The notes under the pieces: model-generated
Seen by the model: the letters and a program-made list of their open reading frames with translations, nothing else
The model's database searches: none
Told to the model about the DNA's origin: nothing
Part shown: one piece after another, positions 13,535 to 23,186 of the stretch
Layout of the letters: each line of letters begins with the position of its first letter
Position numbering within the stretch: the stretch's first letter is position 1
Position numbers and translations under genes: made by a program
NCBI RefSeq assembly: GCF_008065095.1
Contig: NZ_CP042911.1
Span: forward strand, 7,740,001-7,772,000
Reading direction: 5' to 3'
DNA: 32,000 nt
Origin: Gemmata obscuriglobus
GTDB taxonomy: Bacteria; Planctomycetota; Planctomycetia; Gemmatales; Gemmataceae

Positions 13535-14881
13535 ATGATTTGGTCCTCTCGGCCGCGGGCCTCACACGGCCCGGCGGTTCGCCATACGCCACGCCCTTCG
13601 AAACTGAACGCCGAATCGCTCGAAGACCGGAGCGTGCCGGCGACTTTTACACCTAACGCGTTCGGCGGCGGGGTATTCGATCCGTTCGACAACCTCTCGA
13701 TCGAAGTACGATCCGCTAGCGGCGACGTGAACGCCGATGGCGTCGCCGACATCATCACCGCTGAAGGCCCGGGGGCCGGGAGCGGCTCGCGGATCCGGAT
13801 CTACGACGGTCGCGCAGCCCGGTTCTCATCCCAGGCCGTCCTGATCTCGGACTTTTACGCCTACTCGAACGTCCCCGGCGCCAGCCAGGCGCCGGGGTTC
13901 GCGGGCGGCGTGTTCGTCGCGGCCGGCGACTTCAACGGCGACGGGTTCGCCGAGGTGGCCACGTCCGCCGGGGCCGGAGCGAGCGGACACGTCAAAGTGT
14001 TCGACTTCAACAACAACGGATCGTTCGCGGGCAATAACCCCGCCCTGCGAACCAGTTTCTTCGCATACCCCGGGTTCCTGGGTGAGATCCGGGTGACCAC
14101 GCTGAGCCGGGCCCCGAACACCTCCCCGATGCTCGTGACCGCGTCCGGCGCCGGCACCACGCAGTCGGACATCCGGCTGTACTCGAACGCGTTCAGCATC
14201 GGCGAGATCGGCCCCGCGACGCTCGTGAACCCGGTTTCGCAGTCGTTCCCGTACCCGGGCTACCTGGGCGGCGTGTCGGTCGCCGGCGGGAACAACGGGC
14301 AACTGTTCGTTGCCCCGATCAGCGGGGCGTCGCAGTTCAGCACGTTCACTCTGGACCCGTTCTCGTTCGGCGGCACGGCACTCGTCCCGGGGGCCACGTT
14401 CCAAACCGGGTTCAGTAACCCGACCGACGTGCGACTCGGTTTGGCCGACGTCAACGGTGACGGCATACTCGACGTGCTAAGCTCGTCCGTGGGGCAAAAC
14501 TCCGCGGCGTCGATCTCGGCGTTCTCGCTGACCAACGGCCTGACCACGCTGGACAGTCTGAACGGGTTCCAGGGGTTCGGGTTCTTCGGCAACTCATGGC
14601 TCGGATCGAGTGCGTTCACGGGAGCGGCTCGCCCCACCGCGGGAACGGCCGGGTTCGCCGGCGCCGGGCTCGCGGGCACCGGTCTTGCGAGCCAACAGGG
14701 GTTGATCGCACCGGGTGCCACTCAGGGGCTCCAAGCGGGCGGCCCGGTGTTCTTCAACTCCGGGGCGTTCTCGCCGCCGAGCTACACGTCGAACCAAACC
14801 CCGGTGTTTTTCAACCCGGGAACGTCCGGCCCAACTCGCGGGCAACCGAGCAACAGTACACTGGCACCAGGCGTTATTTAA
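13535..14881 (+). CDS. FG-GAP / VCBS-repeat (beta-propeller-like) secreted protein
   Basis: N-terminal ...LNAESLEDRSVPATFT motif, common in planctomycete secreted proteins. Recurrent Asp-rich loops DVNADGVADII, GDFNGDGFAEVA, DVNGDGILDVL. Gly/Ser/Ala-rich C-terminus. Confidence 0.75.
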   Translation: MIWSSRPRASHGPAVRHTPRPSKLNAESLEDRSVPATFTPNAFGGGVFDPFDNLSIEVRSASGDVNADGVADIITAEGPGAGSGSRIRIYDGRAARFSSQAVLISDFYAYSNVPGASQAPGFAGGVFVAAGDFNGDGFAEVATSAGAGASGHVKVFDFNNNGSFAGNNPALRTSFFAYPGFLGEIRVTTLSRAPNTSPMLVTASGAGTTQSDIRLYSNAFSIGEIGPATLVNPVSQSFPYPGYLGGVSVAGGNNGQLFVAPISGASQFSTFTLDPFSFGGTALVPGATFQTGFSNPTDVRLGLADVNGDGILDVLSSSVGQNSAASISAFSLTNGLTTLDSLNGFQGFGFFGNSWLGSSAFTGAARPTAGTAGFAGAGLAGTGLASQQGLIAPGATQGLQAGGPVFFNSGAFSPPSYTSNQTPVFFNPGTSGPTRGQPSNSTLAPGVI

Positions 14882-14898
14882 GCTCGCTTGAAATCAAC

Positions 14899-14958
14899 GG
14901 CCGGAGCGAACAAGCTTCCGGCCATTTCACACAACACAAGCACGATTGAAAATCGTGC
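14899..14958. terminator. Two hairpins between convergent genes (14899-14923 and 14940-14958)
   Basis: GGCCGGA gcgaacaagct TCCGGCC followed by atttc, and GCACGATT gaa AATCGTGC. The local sequence is A/T-richer than its surroundings. Confidence 0.5.
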
Positions 14959-14985
14959 CCATCCATTGTCAATCTTGCATTTCGA

Positions 14986-15543
14986 TTACCGCCCCAGGTA
15001 CACCATCTCAGCCATCACCGTCAGATCGATCCCGCTGCCACTCTGAAGGAAGCCCGCCCCTCGCGCGGTCACGTCGATCACCAGAACGTGGTGACTCGTC
15101 GCAACCGTTTGGTGGTCGGCGGCGTTGAGGTCGCGGACGGTGGCGAGTTGCCCGCCCCCCGAGATCTTGTAAGCGCTGACGGCCCCGGTTGTGCTCGACT
15201 TCCCGGCGGACGCGGACTGCTCGTCGGTGCGCCAGTCGAACCCGGCCGGGACGGTGCTCACCGCGTAAGTCACGGTGCCGTAACGGCTGGCCACCTGAAC
15301 CCGGTGGCTGCGGACGTACCACCCGGGCGGGGGCGAGTAAACGGCCCGCTTCGACTCTCGCCCGGTGCTGCCGACGGCCAGCGACACTGAGAGCACCGGG
15401 AGCGTCCGGACCGTACCGGAAAGGGGCGTATCGTGGGGCGCGGCGGGCGCGCAGGGGTTGTCTGTGGGGTTCGCGGTCGCGGCACCGCCGAGGGAAACGG
15501 CCAGCGCGACGACCGGAGCGAGAAGCGTTCGTGTCGCGGACAT
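14986..15543 (-). CDS. Hypothetical secreted protein (185 aa), probably beta-rich
   Basis: ATG 15543 is preceded by GGAGG. Signal peptide MSATRTLLAPVVALAVSLGGAATA. G/C-rich third positions. No domain recognised. Confidence 0.6.
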   Translation of the reverse strand: MSATRTLLAPVVALAVSLGGAATANPTDNPCAPAAPHDTPLSGTVRTLPVLSVSLAVGSTGRESKRAVYSPPPGWYVRSHRVQVASRYGTVTYAVSTVPAGFDWRTDEQSASAGKSSTTGAVSAYKISGGGQLATVRDLNAADHQTVATSHHVLVIDVTARGAGFLQSGSGIDLTVMAEMVYLGR

Positions 15544-15735
15544 GATCGGCCTCCGTACCGGATGTATTCCGGGCGGACCATTCTTCGCAACCCCTGCGCC
15601 CGGGACAACAAAAGCGCCGGATTGTAAGATCGCCATACGAAAGGTACCGCCGGGCTTACCGCGGCGCTCGCCCCTTGCCCCGCCGTCACCCGCACGCCCC
15701 CGCCCCCGAGGATCGCTGTTACACGAGGTTCCCAT

Positions 15736-16101
15736 ATGGACGCCGCGGCAACGCTCTTCGTGTACGGCACCCTCAAGCGCGGCGAGCGCAACCACCACTT
15801 ACTCGCGGACCAGCCGTTTCTCGGCCCCGCGACCACAGCACCCCGATACCGCGTGATCGATCTCGGCCCGTACCCCGGGTTGGTGTGCGACGAACTCCAG
15901 GGGCTCGCGGTTCGAGGCGAGCTGTTCGCGGTCAGTGACTGCTGCCTCGCCGAACTGGACGACTTTGAAGGCGTGCCCGGCCCGTTCGTGCGCGAGCGGA
16001 TCGAAATCGACGGCCGCGGCGACGTGTGGGCGTACTTCATGAACACGCCCGTGCCCCAAGGGGCGAACACCGGCGACCGCTGGCCGCTCCCCACCGCTTG
16101 A
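15736..16101 (+). CDS. Gamma-glutamylcyclotransferase / AIG2-like family protein
   Basis: LFVYGTLKRGERNHHLL is the family N-terminal signature. A Glu in ...RGELF... sits at the expected position. 121 aa. Confidence 0.85.
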   Translation: MDAAATLFVYGTLKRGERNHHLLADQPFLGPATTAPRYRVIDLGPYPGLVCDELQGLAVRGELFAVSDCCLAELDDFEGVPGPFVRERIEIDGRGDVWAYFMNTPVPQGANTGDRWPLPTA

Positions 16102-16166
16102 ACCGTATCAGCCGGTCGCTTTAAAGCTCTGCTGGCCCGTCGGGCTGTTCTTCTCGGAGTTCGCGC

Positions 16167-18548
16167 ATGCGCCTCACCCTTCTCGCGTTGCTGTTGTCGA
16201 CCGCGTGCGCGCTGCCGACCGTCACCCCGGACGCGGTCGCCCAACCCAAAGGCCAGGAGAAGCCGAAAGAGAAAGGGAAGCCCAACCGGCTCGCGAAGGA
16301 GAGCAGCCCGTACCTGCTCCAGCACGCCCACAACCCCGTGGACTGGTATCCGTGGGGGCCGGAGGCGTTCGAGCGGGCGAAGAAAGAGAAGAAGCTCATC
16401 TTCCTGAGCATCGGGTACAGTGCGTGCCACTGGTGCCACGTCATGGAGCGCGAGTCGTTCTCGCGCGCGGATGTCGCCAAAATCCTCAACGCGAACTTTG
16501 TGTGCATCAAAGTGGACCGCGAGGAGCGCCCGGACGTCGACGACATCTACATGACCGCCCTCAACACCACCGGCGAGCAGGGCGGTTGGCCGCTCAACAT
16601 GTTCCTCACCCCGGACGGCAAACCGATCTTCGGCGCGACCTACTTTCCCCCCGACGACCGAAAGATCGGGGACGACACCGTTCCCGGGTTCAAAACGGTT
16701 CTGAACAAGGTCATGGAGTTCGACAAGGACCGGGCGGACCTTGAGAAGCAGGCCGACCGCGTGGCCAAAGCGACCGTCGAAGCCCTCGACGCGAACAGCA
16801 GGGCGATCGCGCTCGTCCCGCTCAAACGCGACTTGGTGAGTGACGGGTTGGACGCCTTCGACATCGACCCCGAACACGGCGGCACCGGGAGCAAGAAGCG
16901 CGACTACAAGGGTACCAAGTTCCCGCGCCCGCCGGTGTGGGGGTTCGTCCTCACGCAGACCAAGAAGCCCGGGAACGAGCGGCTCGCGAAGCTGACGCAC
17001 AACACCCTCGCGAAGATACTCGAAGGCGGCATTTACGACCACCTCGGCGGCGGGTTTCACCGGTACAGCACCGAGCGCACCTGGACCGTCCCGCACTTCG
17101 AGAAGATGCTCTACGACAACGCCCAACTGGTCGAGTTGTATAGCGAAGCCTACGCCCTCGCCCCGCGGCCCGAGTACAAGCGGGTGGTGGCCGAAACGCT
17201 CGAATTCGTCCGGCGCGAGATGACCGCGCCCGAGAAAGGCTTCTATTCCGCACTCGACGCCGACAGCAACGACAAAGAAGGCGAGTTCTACGTCTGGACC
17301 GCGGACGAAGTCGCGAAGGTACTCGGCACCGACGCCGACACCGCGATTGTGAAGGCCGTGTACGGCGTGACCGCGCCCAACTTCGAGGACAAGTTCCACA
17401 TCCTCCGGCTGCCGAAGCCGCTGGCGGAGATCGCGAAAGAACTGAAACTCACCGAGGACGCGCTGCTGACGAAACTGGAACCGCTCAAAAAGAAGCTGTT
17501 CGACCACCGCGCGAAGCGCGAGCGGCCGTTCCTCGACACAAAAGTCATTACCGCCTGGAACGGTCAGATGATCGCGGGCTACGCCAGGGCCGGCGGCGTC
17601 TTCAAGGAGCCGGCATACGTGCGCGCCGCCGCGGACGCCGCCGACTTCTTGCTCACGAAGCTGCGCGACAAGGACGGTCGCTTGTACCGCATGTACGCGG
17701 CGGCCCCCGGCGGCAAGCCGGCGCCGAAGGGGGCGGCGTTCCTCGACGATTACGCCTACCTGATCCACGGGTTGCTGAACCTGCACGACGCGACGGGCGA
17801 ACCGAAGTGGCTCGACGCCGCAAAGGGGCTGACCGATCTGGCGGTGAAACATTATGCGGACCCCGTGAACGGCGGGTTCTACTTCACCGCGGCCGACGGC
17901 GAGAAGTTGTTCGCCCGCGCGAAGGACAGCTACGACGGCGTGCAGCCGTCCGGTAACTCACAGATGGCACGGAACCTTTTGCGACTGGGGACCAAGACAA
18001 AAGACGAAGGTTACCGCGACCGCGGCATCCGTACCGTAAAGGCGTTCTCGTTCGCGCTGCGCACCGCCCCCACCTCAATGCCCCTGATGCTGCGCACGCT
18101 GGACGAACTGCTGGACGCGGCGGGCGAGCCGGACAAGCCCGCGCCCAAGGAAGAGCCGAAAGCGAAGAAGCCGCGGAAGTCGGAAGACGTGGTGACGGGC
18201 AAGCTCACGCTGGAGCCGGCGAAGGGCGGCGTGCGGGAGTTCGCGGTGGCCCTGACGGTGGAGGCGCCGTGGCACCTGTACGCGAACCCGGCCGGGGCGG
18301 ACACGCTCGCCGAATCGCGCACCGAGGTCACGGTGTTCGTGGGCGGGAAGAAGGTGGACGCGAAGATCGAATACCCCAAGGGCAAAGAGATTGCGGACAA
18401 GGTCGTCGGCGCATATGCGATCTACGAAGGCGCAACGACCATCAAGGGCCGCTTCCCGGCGGGCGACGGCGAGATCGAGGTGCGAGTGTCCATCAACGCG
18501 TGCAAGGACGGGGTGTGCCTCCCGTCCAGCACCCTGAAGCTGAAGTGA
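16167..18548 (+). CDS. Thioredoxin-domain (DUF255 / YyaL / SPATA20-like) protein with an (alpha/alpha)6 domain and an extra C-terminal DsbD-N-like domain; signal peptide present
   Basis: [59 protein letters not shown] is the DUF255 signature. [25 protein letters not shown] marks the toroid domain. After a Lys/Pro/Glu linker, the last ~120 aa (..WHLYANPAG...[13 protein letters not shown]) resemble the DsbD N-terminal domain. Confidence 0.9.
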   Translation: MRLTLLALLLSTACALPTVTPDAVAQPKGQEKPKEKGKPNRLAKESSPYLLQHAHNPVDWYPWGPEAFERAKKEKKLIFLSIGYSACHWCHVMERESFSRADVAKILNANFVCIKVDREERPDVDDIYMTALNTTGEQGGWPLNMFLTPDGKPIFGATYFPPDDRKIGDDTVPGFKTVLNKVMEFDKDRADLEKQADRVAKATVEALDANSRAIALVPLKRDLVSDGLDAFDIDPEHGGTGSKKRDYKGTKFPRPPVWGFVLTQTKKPGNERLAKLTHNTLAKILEGGIYDHLGGGFHRYSTERTWTVPHFEKMLYDNAQLVELYSEAYALAPRPEYKRVVAETLEFVRREMTAPEKGFYSALDADSNDKEGEFYVWTADEVAKVLGTDADTAIVKAVYGVTAPNFEDKFHILRLPKPLAEIAKELKLTEDALLTKLEPLKKKLFDHRAKRERPFLDTKVITAWNGQMIAGYARAGGVFKEPAYVRAAADAADFLLTKLRDKDGRLYRMYAAAPGGKPAPKGAAFLDDYAYLIHGLLNLHDATGEPKWLDAAKGLTDLAVKHYADPVNGGFYFTAADGEKLFARAKDSYDGVQPSGNSQMARNLLRLGTKTKDEGYRDRGIRTVKAFSFALRTAPTSMPLMLRTLDELLDAAGEPDKPAPKEEPKAKKPRKSEDVVTGKLTLEPAKGGVREFAVALTVEAPWHLYANPAGADTLAESRTEVTVFVGGKKVDAKIEYPKGKEIADKVVGAYAIYEGATTIKGRFPAGDGEIEVRVSINACKDGVCLPSSTLKLK

Positions 18549-18618
18549 CATGCCCGCTCCCGGTTCGGTGCGTGCGGCGAGTGAGACAACAGCCACCATC
18601 CACAAGGCTTTTGGGCGC

Positions 18619-18648
18619 GATTCGCGGGTAGCGACCGACCCGCGAATC
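18619..18648. terminator. 10-bp-stem hairpin between convergent genes
   Basis: GATTCGCGGG tagcgaccga CCCGCGAATC. The motif ggtagcgacc recurs about 55 nt further on. Confidence 0.35.
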
Positions 18649-18816
18649 GTCAGCCCGGTGCCAGCGTGCGGCCAGCGAAGGGGGTAGCGACCAGCCGCCA
18701 CTGCCCCCACTACGGTGCCGGCGCGCCGCGTGCGGCCGGATCACGTGTACGCGTGGCGGGCGACTGGGTTAGAAGCCGGTCCCCCGCCGGGTTCCATCTC
18801 TGCGTCGCGCCGGCGG

Positions 18817-20151
18817 TCACACGAGCTGCCAGCCCTTGCGGTACTCGCGGCGGATGAACGGGTCCGCGTCGGGGCAGTTCGTCGCCTTCATCTTCTCGGC
18901 GTCCCACTCCAACCGCTTGCCGACCCGGAACGCGACGTTGCCCAGGTGGTTCGATTCCGTCAGCCACCCCGCGTACTCGAAGTTGCAGGTGGTCGGCGCG
19001 CCGGTCTTGCACGCGTGAATCCACTCCGCGTAATGGCCCTTCGACTTCTCGATGAACGGCTTCGGCCGCACGAAATCGGCGAACCGCTTTTCGGGCAACA
19101 ACAGGTACTTCGAGTAGTCCGACAGCAGCATCCCGTTGTCGCCGACGAACAGCACCCCGCTGCCCCACTGCGGGATCTTCTTTTCGGTCCACTGCGGCGG
19201 CTTGAAGCTGCCCTGGTGCCACGTCATCGTGACCGCGGGCATGTCTCCGCGGGCCGGGAACTCGTACACGGCCTGCATCGACGCCGGTGCGAGTTCGGGG
19301 TGCGGTTTCGGGCCGTTCGCCGCGACCGCGGTCGGCGCTTTCAGCTTCAGCGCCCAGAACGGCAGGTCGTTCCAGTGCGAGCCGAGGTCGGACATCGTGC
19401 CGTTGCCGAAGTCCCACCACCGGTACCACTTCGGCCCCGGCACGTACACGGGGTTGAACGGACGGGCCGGCGCCGGCCCGAGCCACAGTTCCCAATCGAG
19501 GTCCGCGGGGGGCTTCACCTCGTCCTTCGGCCGCTCGGTGACGAACAGGATGTCCTTGTTCGCCTTCGCCTCCTCGGCCGATTGCAGCCCCCACGCGCGG
19601 CCGACCCACACGTGAACCTCGCGCACCGGGCCGACGGCCCCCGTTTGGACCAGCTCGACCACGCGGCGGTAGTTGTCCTCGGCGTGGATCTGTGTCCCCA
19701 TCTGGGTAGCGAGCTTGGTCTTCGCCGCCGCCTCACGGATGACGCGGGCCTCCCAGATGTTGTGCGTCAGCGGCTTCTCGCAGTACACGTGCTTCCCGTG
19801 CTGAAGGGCGAGCAGCGTGGCGAACGCGTGCGTGTGTTCGCAGGTGCTGACCACGACCGCGTCGAACTCTTTCGCGCGCTCGAACACCTTGCGGAAGTCG
19901 GTGAACTTGCGGGCGGACGTGTGCTTCTCCGCGGCCTTCTCGACCGCCGGGGTGCTCACGTCGCAGAGTGCCACGATGTTCTCGGACGCCACGCCGTTGA
20001 GGTTGGCGGCGCCGCGCCCGCCGGCGCCGATGATCGCGACGTTGAGCTTCTCGTTGGCGTTGCGGGCGCGGATGTAGTTCGGCGCCGCGAGCGCGGTTGC
20101 GGCGACGGCCGACGTTTTGAGCAGCGAGCGACGTGACAGGGTGCGCGACAT
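18817..20151 (-). CDS. Gfo/Idh/MocA-family oxidoreductase with a twin-arginine signal
   Basis: ATG 20151 is preceded by GGAGG at 8 nt. [24 protein letters not shown] (Tat-like). Rossmann [23 protein letters not shown] motif. Confidence 0.85.
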   Translation of the reverse strand: MSRTLSRRSLLKTSAVAATALAAPNYIRARNANEKLNVAIIGAGGRGAANLNGVASENIVALCDVSTPAVEKAAEKHTSARKFTDFRKVFERAKEFDAVVVSTCEHTHAFATLLALQHGKHVYCEKPLTHNIWEARVIREAAAKTKLATQMGTQIHAEDNYRRVVELVQTGAVGPVREVHVWVGRAWGLQSAEEAKANKDILFVTERPKDEVKPPADLDWELWLGPAPARPFNPVYVPGPKWYRWWDFGNGTMSDLGSHWNDLPFWALKLKAPTAVAANGPKPHPELAPASMQAVYEFPARGDMPAVTMTWHQGSFKPPQWTEKKIPQWGSGVLFVGDNGMLLSDYSKYLLLPEKRFADFVRPKPFIEKSKGHYAEWIHACKTGAPTTCNFEYAGWLTESNHLGNVAFRVGKRLEWDAEKMKATNCPDADPFIRREYRKGWQLV

Positions 20152-20516
20152 GAATGCGCCTCCGGAAGGTGGGTGCGGGCCATTATCGCGCCCGAGGTCG
20201 CTCGCACAAGCAGAAAGGCACCGAAGACGCCCACCCGCCCGAACGCCTGTAGCGGGGAACGATCTCTCCGTTCGCCGAATCGTCGTTGGTTCAGTGGCGA
20301 GCGTTTCGGGCATTTTCGCTCGTGTGGTAGTTCCGGAAGCTCACTCCACCCCAAATAACGTAACCGGTGCCAATCTTCTGCCGGGGCAGTGTAACCGTTC
20401 GCCTCGACCGATTCCGCTCCAAGTGCCTTGCCGAATGAATGTTACGGCGAGCGATCCGGGCACATCTGGAACTAGGTTCGGCTCGCCCCAGCGACTGTAA
20501 CCGAGTTTTAGCGTGT

Positions 20517-20586
20517 GATTCGGTGGTAGTTCCGACCCAGCGAATCGCCCGTTCGTGACCAGTCCATCGGCAGCGAATGTCCAGTC
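20517..20586. repeat. Partner of the 8338-8407 block (opposite orientation)
   Basis: See the 8338-8407 feature. It lies inside a 687-bp, lower-GC gap with no confident gene. Confidence 0.85.
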
Positions 20587-20708
20587 GGCGCCCCGTACCG
20601 ATGCCACCCCGCAACCAATCTATAGTTGCACGCAACACACCGAGTCGCCAGCACCGCGCACCAGTGCAACACCTTCGCCAACGGTTTCCGAGCGTGTCTT
20701 AATGGGCG

Positions 20709-20748
20709 GGGGCGTGGGGCGGATCACCTGATCCACGCCCCACGCCCC
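20709..20748 (-). terminator. GC-rich hairpin (18-bp stem with a 2-nt bulge) about 90 nt downstream of the HEAT-repeat gene
   Basis: GGGGCGTGGGGCGGATCA cc TGATCCACGCCCCACGCCCC. No U-tract. Confidence 0.35.
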
Positions 20749-20838
20749 GTCAGATTTGAATCCGTCGGTTCGCCGGTGCGGCGCGGAGCGGGCGGCCCGT
20801 CCATACCGGCAGATGGCACGCCGCTCTTCCGAGCCGCG

Positions 20839-21831
20839 CTACTTCGGTTGCGGGCCGGTCTTCGGCACCGGCAGCGGAGTGGCCCACGGCGGCGTCACCA
20901 CTCCGGGCAGGTCCGGGCGGAACGGCGGCAGCGTCGGCACGTAATCCGGAACCGCGACAGGCACCTGTTGCGGCGGCTCGGGAGCCGGTGCGGGCCGAGA
21001 AGGGGCTATCGCGACACGCGGCGGGTTCTTTGCAACCGGCGGCTCGCTGGTCAGGTTCGATACCGAAGGCGGGGCCGCCGTTGGTGCGGCCGGCGGGGCG
21101 GGTGTCGGCGCGGCGGGGGTGAACATCGAGCGAACGGCCGCCCGCGCTCCGGGCAACACGTTCGGCCAGAGCAGTCGCGGGCCGGACGGGGGCAACGGTT
21201 GCGTCGCGGGCGGCCGCATCCCCACCGGTTGCGACACCACCGCCGGCAATTGGAGCGTTGCGGTGGTGGCGATCGGGGGGAGCCGTGCCGGAACCGCGGG
21301 AACCGGCGGCGCGGGGATCAGAGCGACCGCCTGGCGCGGTCCCGCCGGGCTCGCGATCGGCGGCTCGACGGTTTGCGCCGGCAGCCCGTCGCCCCCCTTG
21401 GCCGCCCGGTAGCCGCTCAGGTGGTATTCCCACAGGGTCCGCTGTGCGGCCAACCGCACCAGCGGCGAGGAATCACCTTCGGCCGCCTCGCTCAGTGCGA
21501 CCGCCGCTTGCGGGTACACTTCGCCTAATTCGCGGAGCGACGCAGCCGCTTCCACCCGCACCGACGCCGATTCGTCGTTGCGGAGCGCGCGCACGAGGGC
21601 CGGCGCCACATCGGGACTGAGCCGCGGGTCCGCGCGCCCGAGTTCGTCGGCCGCGGCTTTTCTCTTCTTCTCGTCGCGATCACTTTTGAGCGTTTCAACC
21701 AGCGCGTGGGCTTTCGCCTCGTCGAGCCGGGGCTTACGCGAGAACGGGTTGGTCGGCCCGGCCAGCGCCGGTAGCGAGAACGCCGCCAAGGCAACGAGGG
21801 CAATCTGGGTGCGTGACACGAGAGACTCCAC
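20839..21831 (-). CDS. HEAT-repeat protein with a signal peptide and a long proline-rich C-terminal half
   Basis: GTG start at 21831 (start uncertain). SRTQIALVALAAFSLPALAG. HEAT/PBS-lyase-type repeats (..AADELGRADP..VAPALVRALRNDESASVRVEAAASLRELG..DSSPLVRLAAQRTL). About 190 aa of Pro/Ala/Val-rich sequence follow. Confidence 0.65.
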   Translation of the reverse strand: MESLVSRTQIALVALAAFSLPALAGPTNPFSRKPRLDEAKAHALVETLKSDRDEKKRKAAADELGRADPRLSPDVAPALVRALRNDESASVRVEAAASLRELGEVYPQAAVALSEAAEGDSSPLVRLAAQRTLWEYHLSGYRAAKGGDGLPAQTVEPPIASPAGPRQAVALIPAPPVPAVPARLPPIATTATLQLPAVVSQPVGMRPPATQPLPPSGPRLLWPNVLPGARAAVRSMFTPAAPTPAPPAAPTAAPPSVSNLTSEPPVAKNPPRVAIAPSRPAPAPEPPQQVPVAVPDYVPTLPPFRPDLPGVVTPPWATPLPVPKTGPQPK

Positions 21832-22035
21832 TGCGCCCCCGGCGGCGACCCGGGGACATCAGTAAGAGATCGGTCTCGGAGCGTTTGTGTTGTGGGAGTT
21901 CTGTGAAAATGGGAAGGCGAGGCGGGCCACCGGCCCGCTACCGCCGGCGCACGGGCCACAACCGCCCCGTCCGTGCGCCCATCAAACCGGCACGGGCGGC
22001 AACGTCCTTACATACGTGCCCGGCGGTAGTGTGTG

Positions 22036-22103
22036 CTTGACGAGCCGCGACCGCTCCCTCGCGGTGCCACGTCCCCGCTCCCTCGCGGTCGCGGCTCGTC
22101 AAG
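22036..22103. repeat. Palindromic element with 19-nt perfect arms around two direct CCGCTCCCTCGCGGT units
   Basis: CTTGACGAGCCGCGACCGC tccctcgcggtgccacgtccccgctccctc GCGGTCGCGGCTCGTCAAG. CCGCTCCCTCGCGGT occurs at 22051-22065 and 22075-22089. Confidence 0.9.
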
Positions 22104-22132
22104 CAAAGCGATACCCATTGCGGGTACATGTA

Positions 22133-22360
22133 TTAGAACCCGCCGGGGCCGCCGCCGGGGCCGCCCTTGTTGCGGTCGCGCAGGTTCTCTTCCTTCTTCT
22201 GCGCGGGCGGTGGCCGGTACGTAGCCTTATCGGGCTCGTTGTACCGCGGCTCGTTCGGTGGGTCGTAGTACTCCTCCACCTTCGGACGGCGCACGTCGTA
22301 CTTGTCGTGGTGACACCCGATCGCCGCGCACGCGACGACCAGCGCGATCAGCGCCCGCAT
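22133..22360 (-). CDS. Small lipoprotein (75 aa)
   Basis: GGAGGGAG lies 6 nt upstream of the ATG. MRALIALVVACAAIGC is a lipobox-like signal. The mature part is charged, Pro-rich and ends GGPGGGPGGF. Confidence 0.7.
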   Translation of the reverse strand: MRALIALVVACAAIGCHHDKYDVRRPKVEEYYDPPNEPRYNEPDKATYRPPPAQKKEENLRDRNKGGPGGGPGGF

Positions 22361-22584
22361 GTCTACTCCCTCCGCACCGTGTTTGTCTCACGCCTCATAG
22401 CGGCGCGCGGAGAGAACACAAGGCGAAGTGCCGGCCGGCAGGGCGGCAGAGTGAAGTCACAGGGCCGTTCCTTGTTTCACGCTGCGCCCTGTGAAGACCA
22501 AAATGAATCGGCGGTGACCTGCTTGCGCTGCACGAACCTTGCGGGGTCGGCCAGCCACACCGCCAAGGACCACACGTGATCCGT

Positions 22585-22869
22585 TCACCCGGCGGCCGTC
22601 GCCGGGGTGCGCGTCTCCCACCGGCCGCCCTCGCCCTTCACACGCAGGGTGCGGACGAGCCAGCAGAAGTTGTAACTGAAGTCGCTGAACACCGTGGCCC
22701 CGCGATGCACGGCCCCGTCCTTCGAGAACCCGTCGCGCTTCCGCACCTTGCGGCCGCACCGGTTCCGGTCGGTCCCGTTGTGCCGCCCCACGAAGCTCGT
22801 GTTCACCACCCGTCCGACCGCCGCCCCGCCCACGAGGGCCACGAGTAGCGTGCGGAGCTTCGGCGGCAT
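22585..22869 (-). CDS. Hypothetical 94-aa protein whose first 18 codons and entire upstream leader are copy B of the inverted repeat
   Basis: ATG 22869. MPPKLRTLLVALVGGAAV, then unique sequence GRVVNTSFVGRHNGTDRNRCGRKVRKRDGFSKDGAVHRGATVFSDFSYNFCWLVRTLRVKGEGGRWETRTPATAAG. Nearly all third positions are G/C, which argues for real coding. No domain recognised. Confidence 0.55.
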   Translation of the reverse strand: MPPKLRTLLVALVGGAAVGRVVNTSFVGRHNGTDRNRCGRKVRKRDGFSKDGAVHRGATVFSDFSYNFCWLVRTLRVKGEGGRWETRTPATAAG

Positions 22870-23185
22870 GGAAGGATCGGTTTTAGTACGCGATCCGGGT
22901 GCTCGTGCCTGCTGCTTGTGGCACGGACATTCCTGTGTGTGCGGTCTTCTTGCGCCGCACACACAGGAATGTCCGTGCCACAAAGACAACAGCCAAAACA
23001 GACACTAACAACGGCAATGTGACACTGAAGCGATGGACGAGCGAAGACAATTTTGACAGGATCGACAGGATAAACAGGATGAAGACAGACCAATCTTGAA
23101 TCCTGTTTATCCTGTCAAAATTGTCTTCATACACGAGGCCCGCATGGCCGAGACGAGGCCACGACCAGCCGCCCATTCCGCCACC
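22815..23185 (-). repeat. Copy B of the ~375-bp inverted repeat (partner 796-1175)
   Basis: See copy A. It contains the hairpin at 22917-22980 (27-nt perfect arms) and the heptamer array at 23056-23115. Confidence 0.9.
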
Positions 23186-23186
23186 A

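Noticed and set aside
15270-17852. 860-aa minus-strand ORF
   Set aside because: It is antisense to the DUF255 gene, whose motifs are unambiguous, and has Arg/Gly/Val-rich shadow-frame composition.
20341-20607. 88-aa minus-strand ORF in the long lower-GC gap
   Set aside because: It has a GTG start, no ribosome-binding site, and no G/C third-position bias, unlike every confident gene here. It is kept only as part of the dispersed-block finding (possible pseudogene family).
796-23185. Composite transposon or invertible shufflon interpretation of the repeat-flanked 21.6-kb segment
   Set aside because: The interior consists of ordinary chromosomal genes (NDH-2, SRAP, oxidoreductases and others) with no transposase, integrase or invertase. 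The only transposase-like trace (176..658) is outside the segment and decayed. I kept the weaker claim that the repeats are a substrate for homologous inversion.
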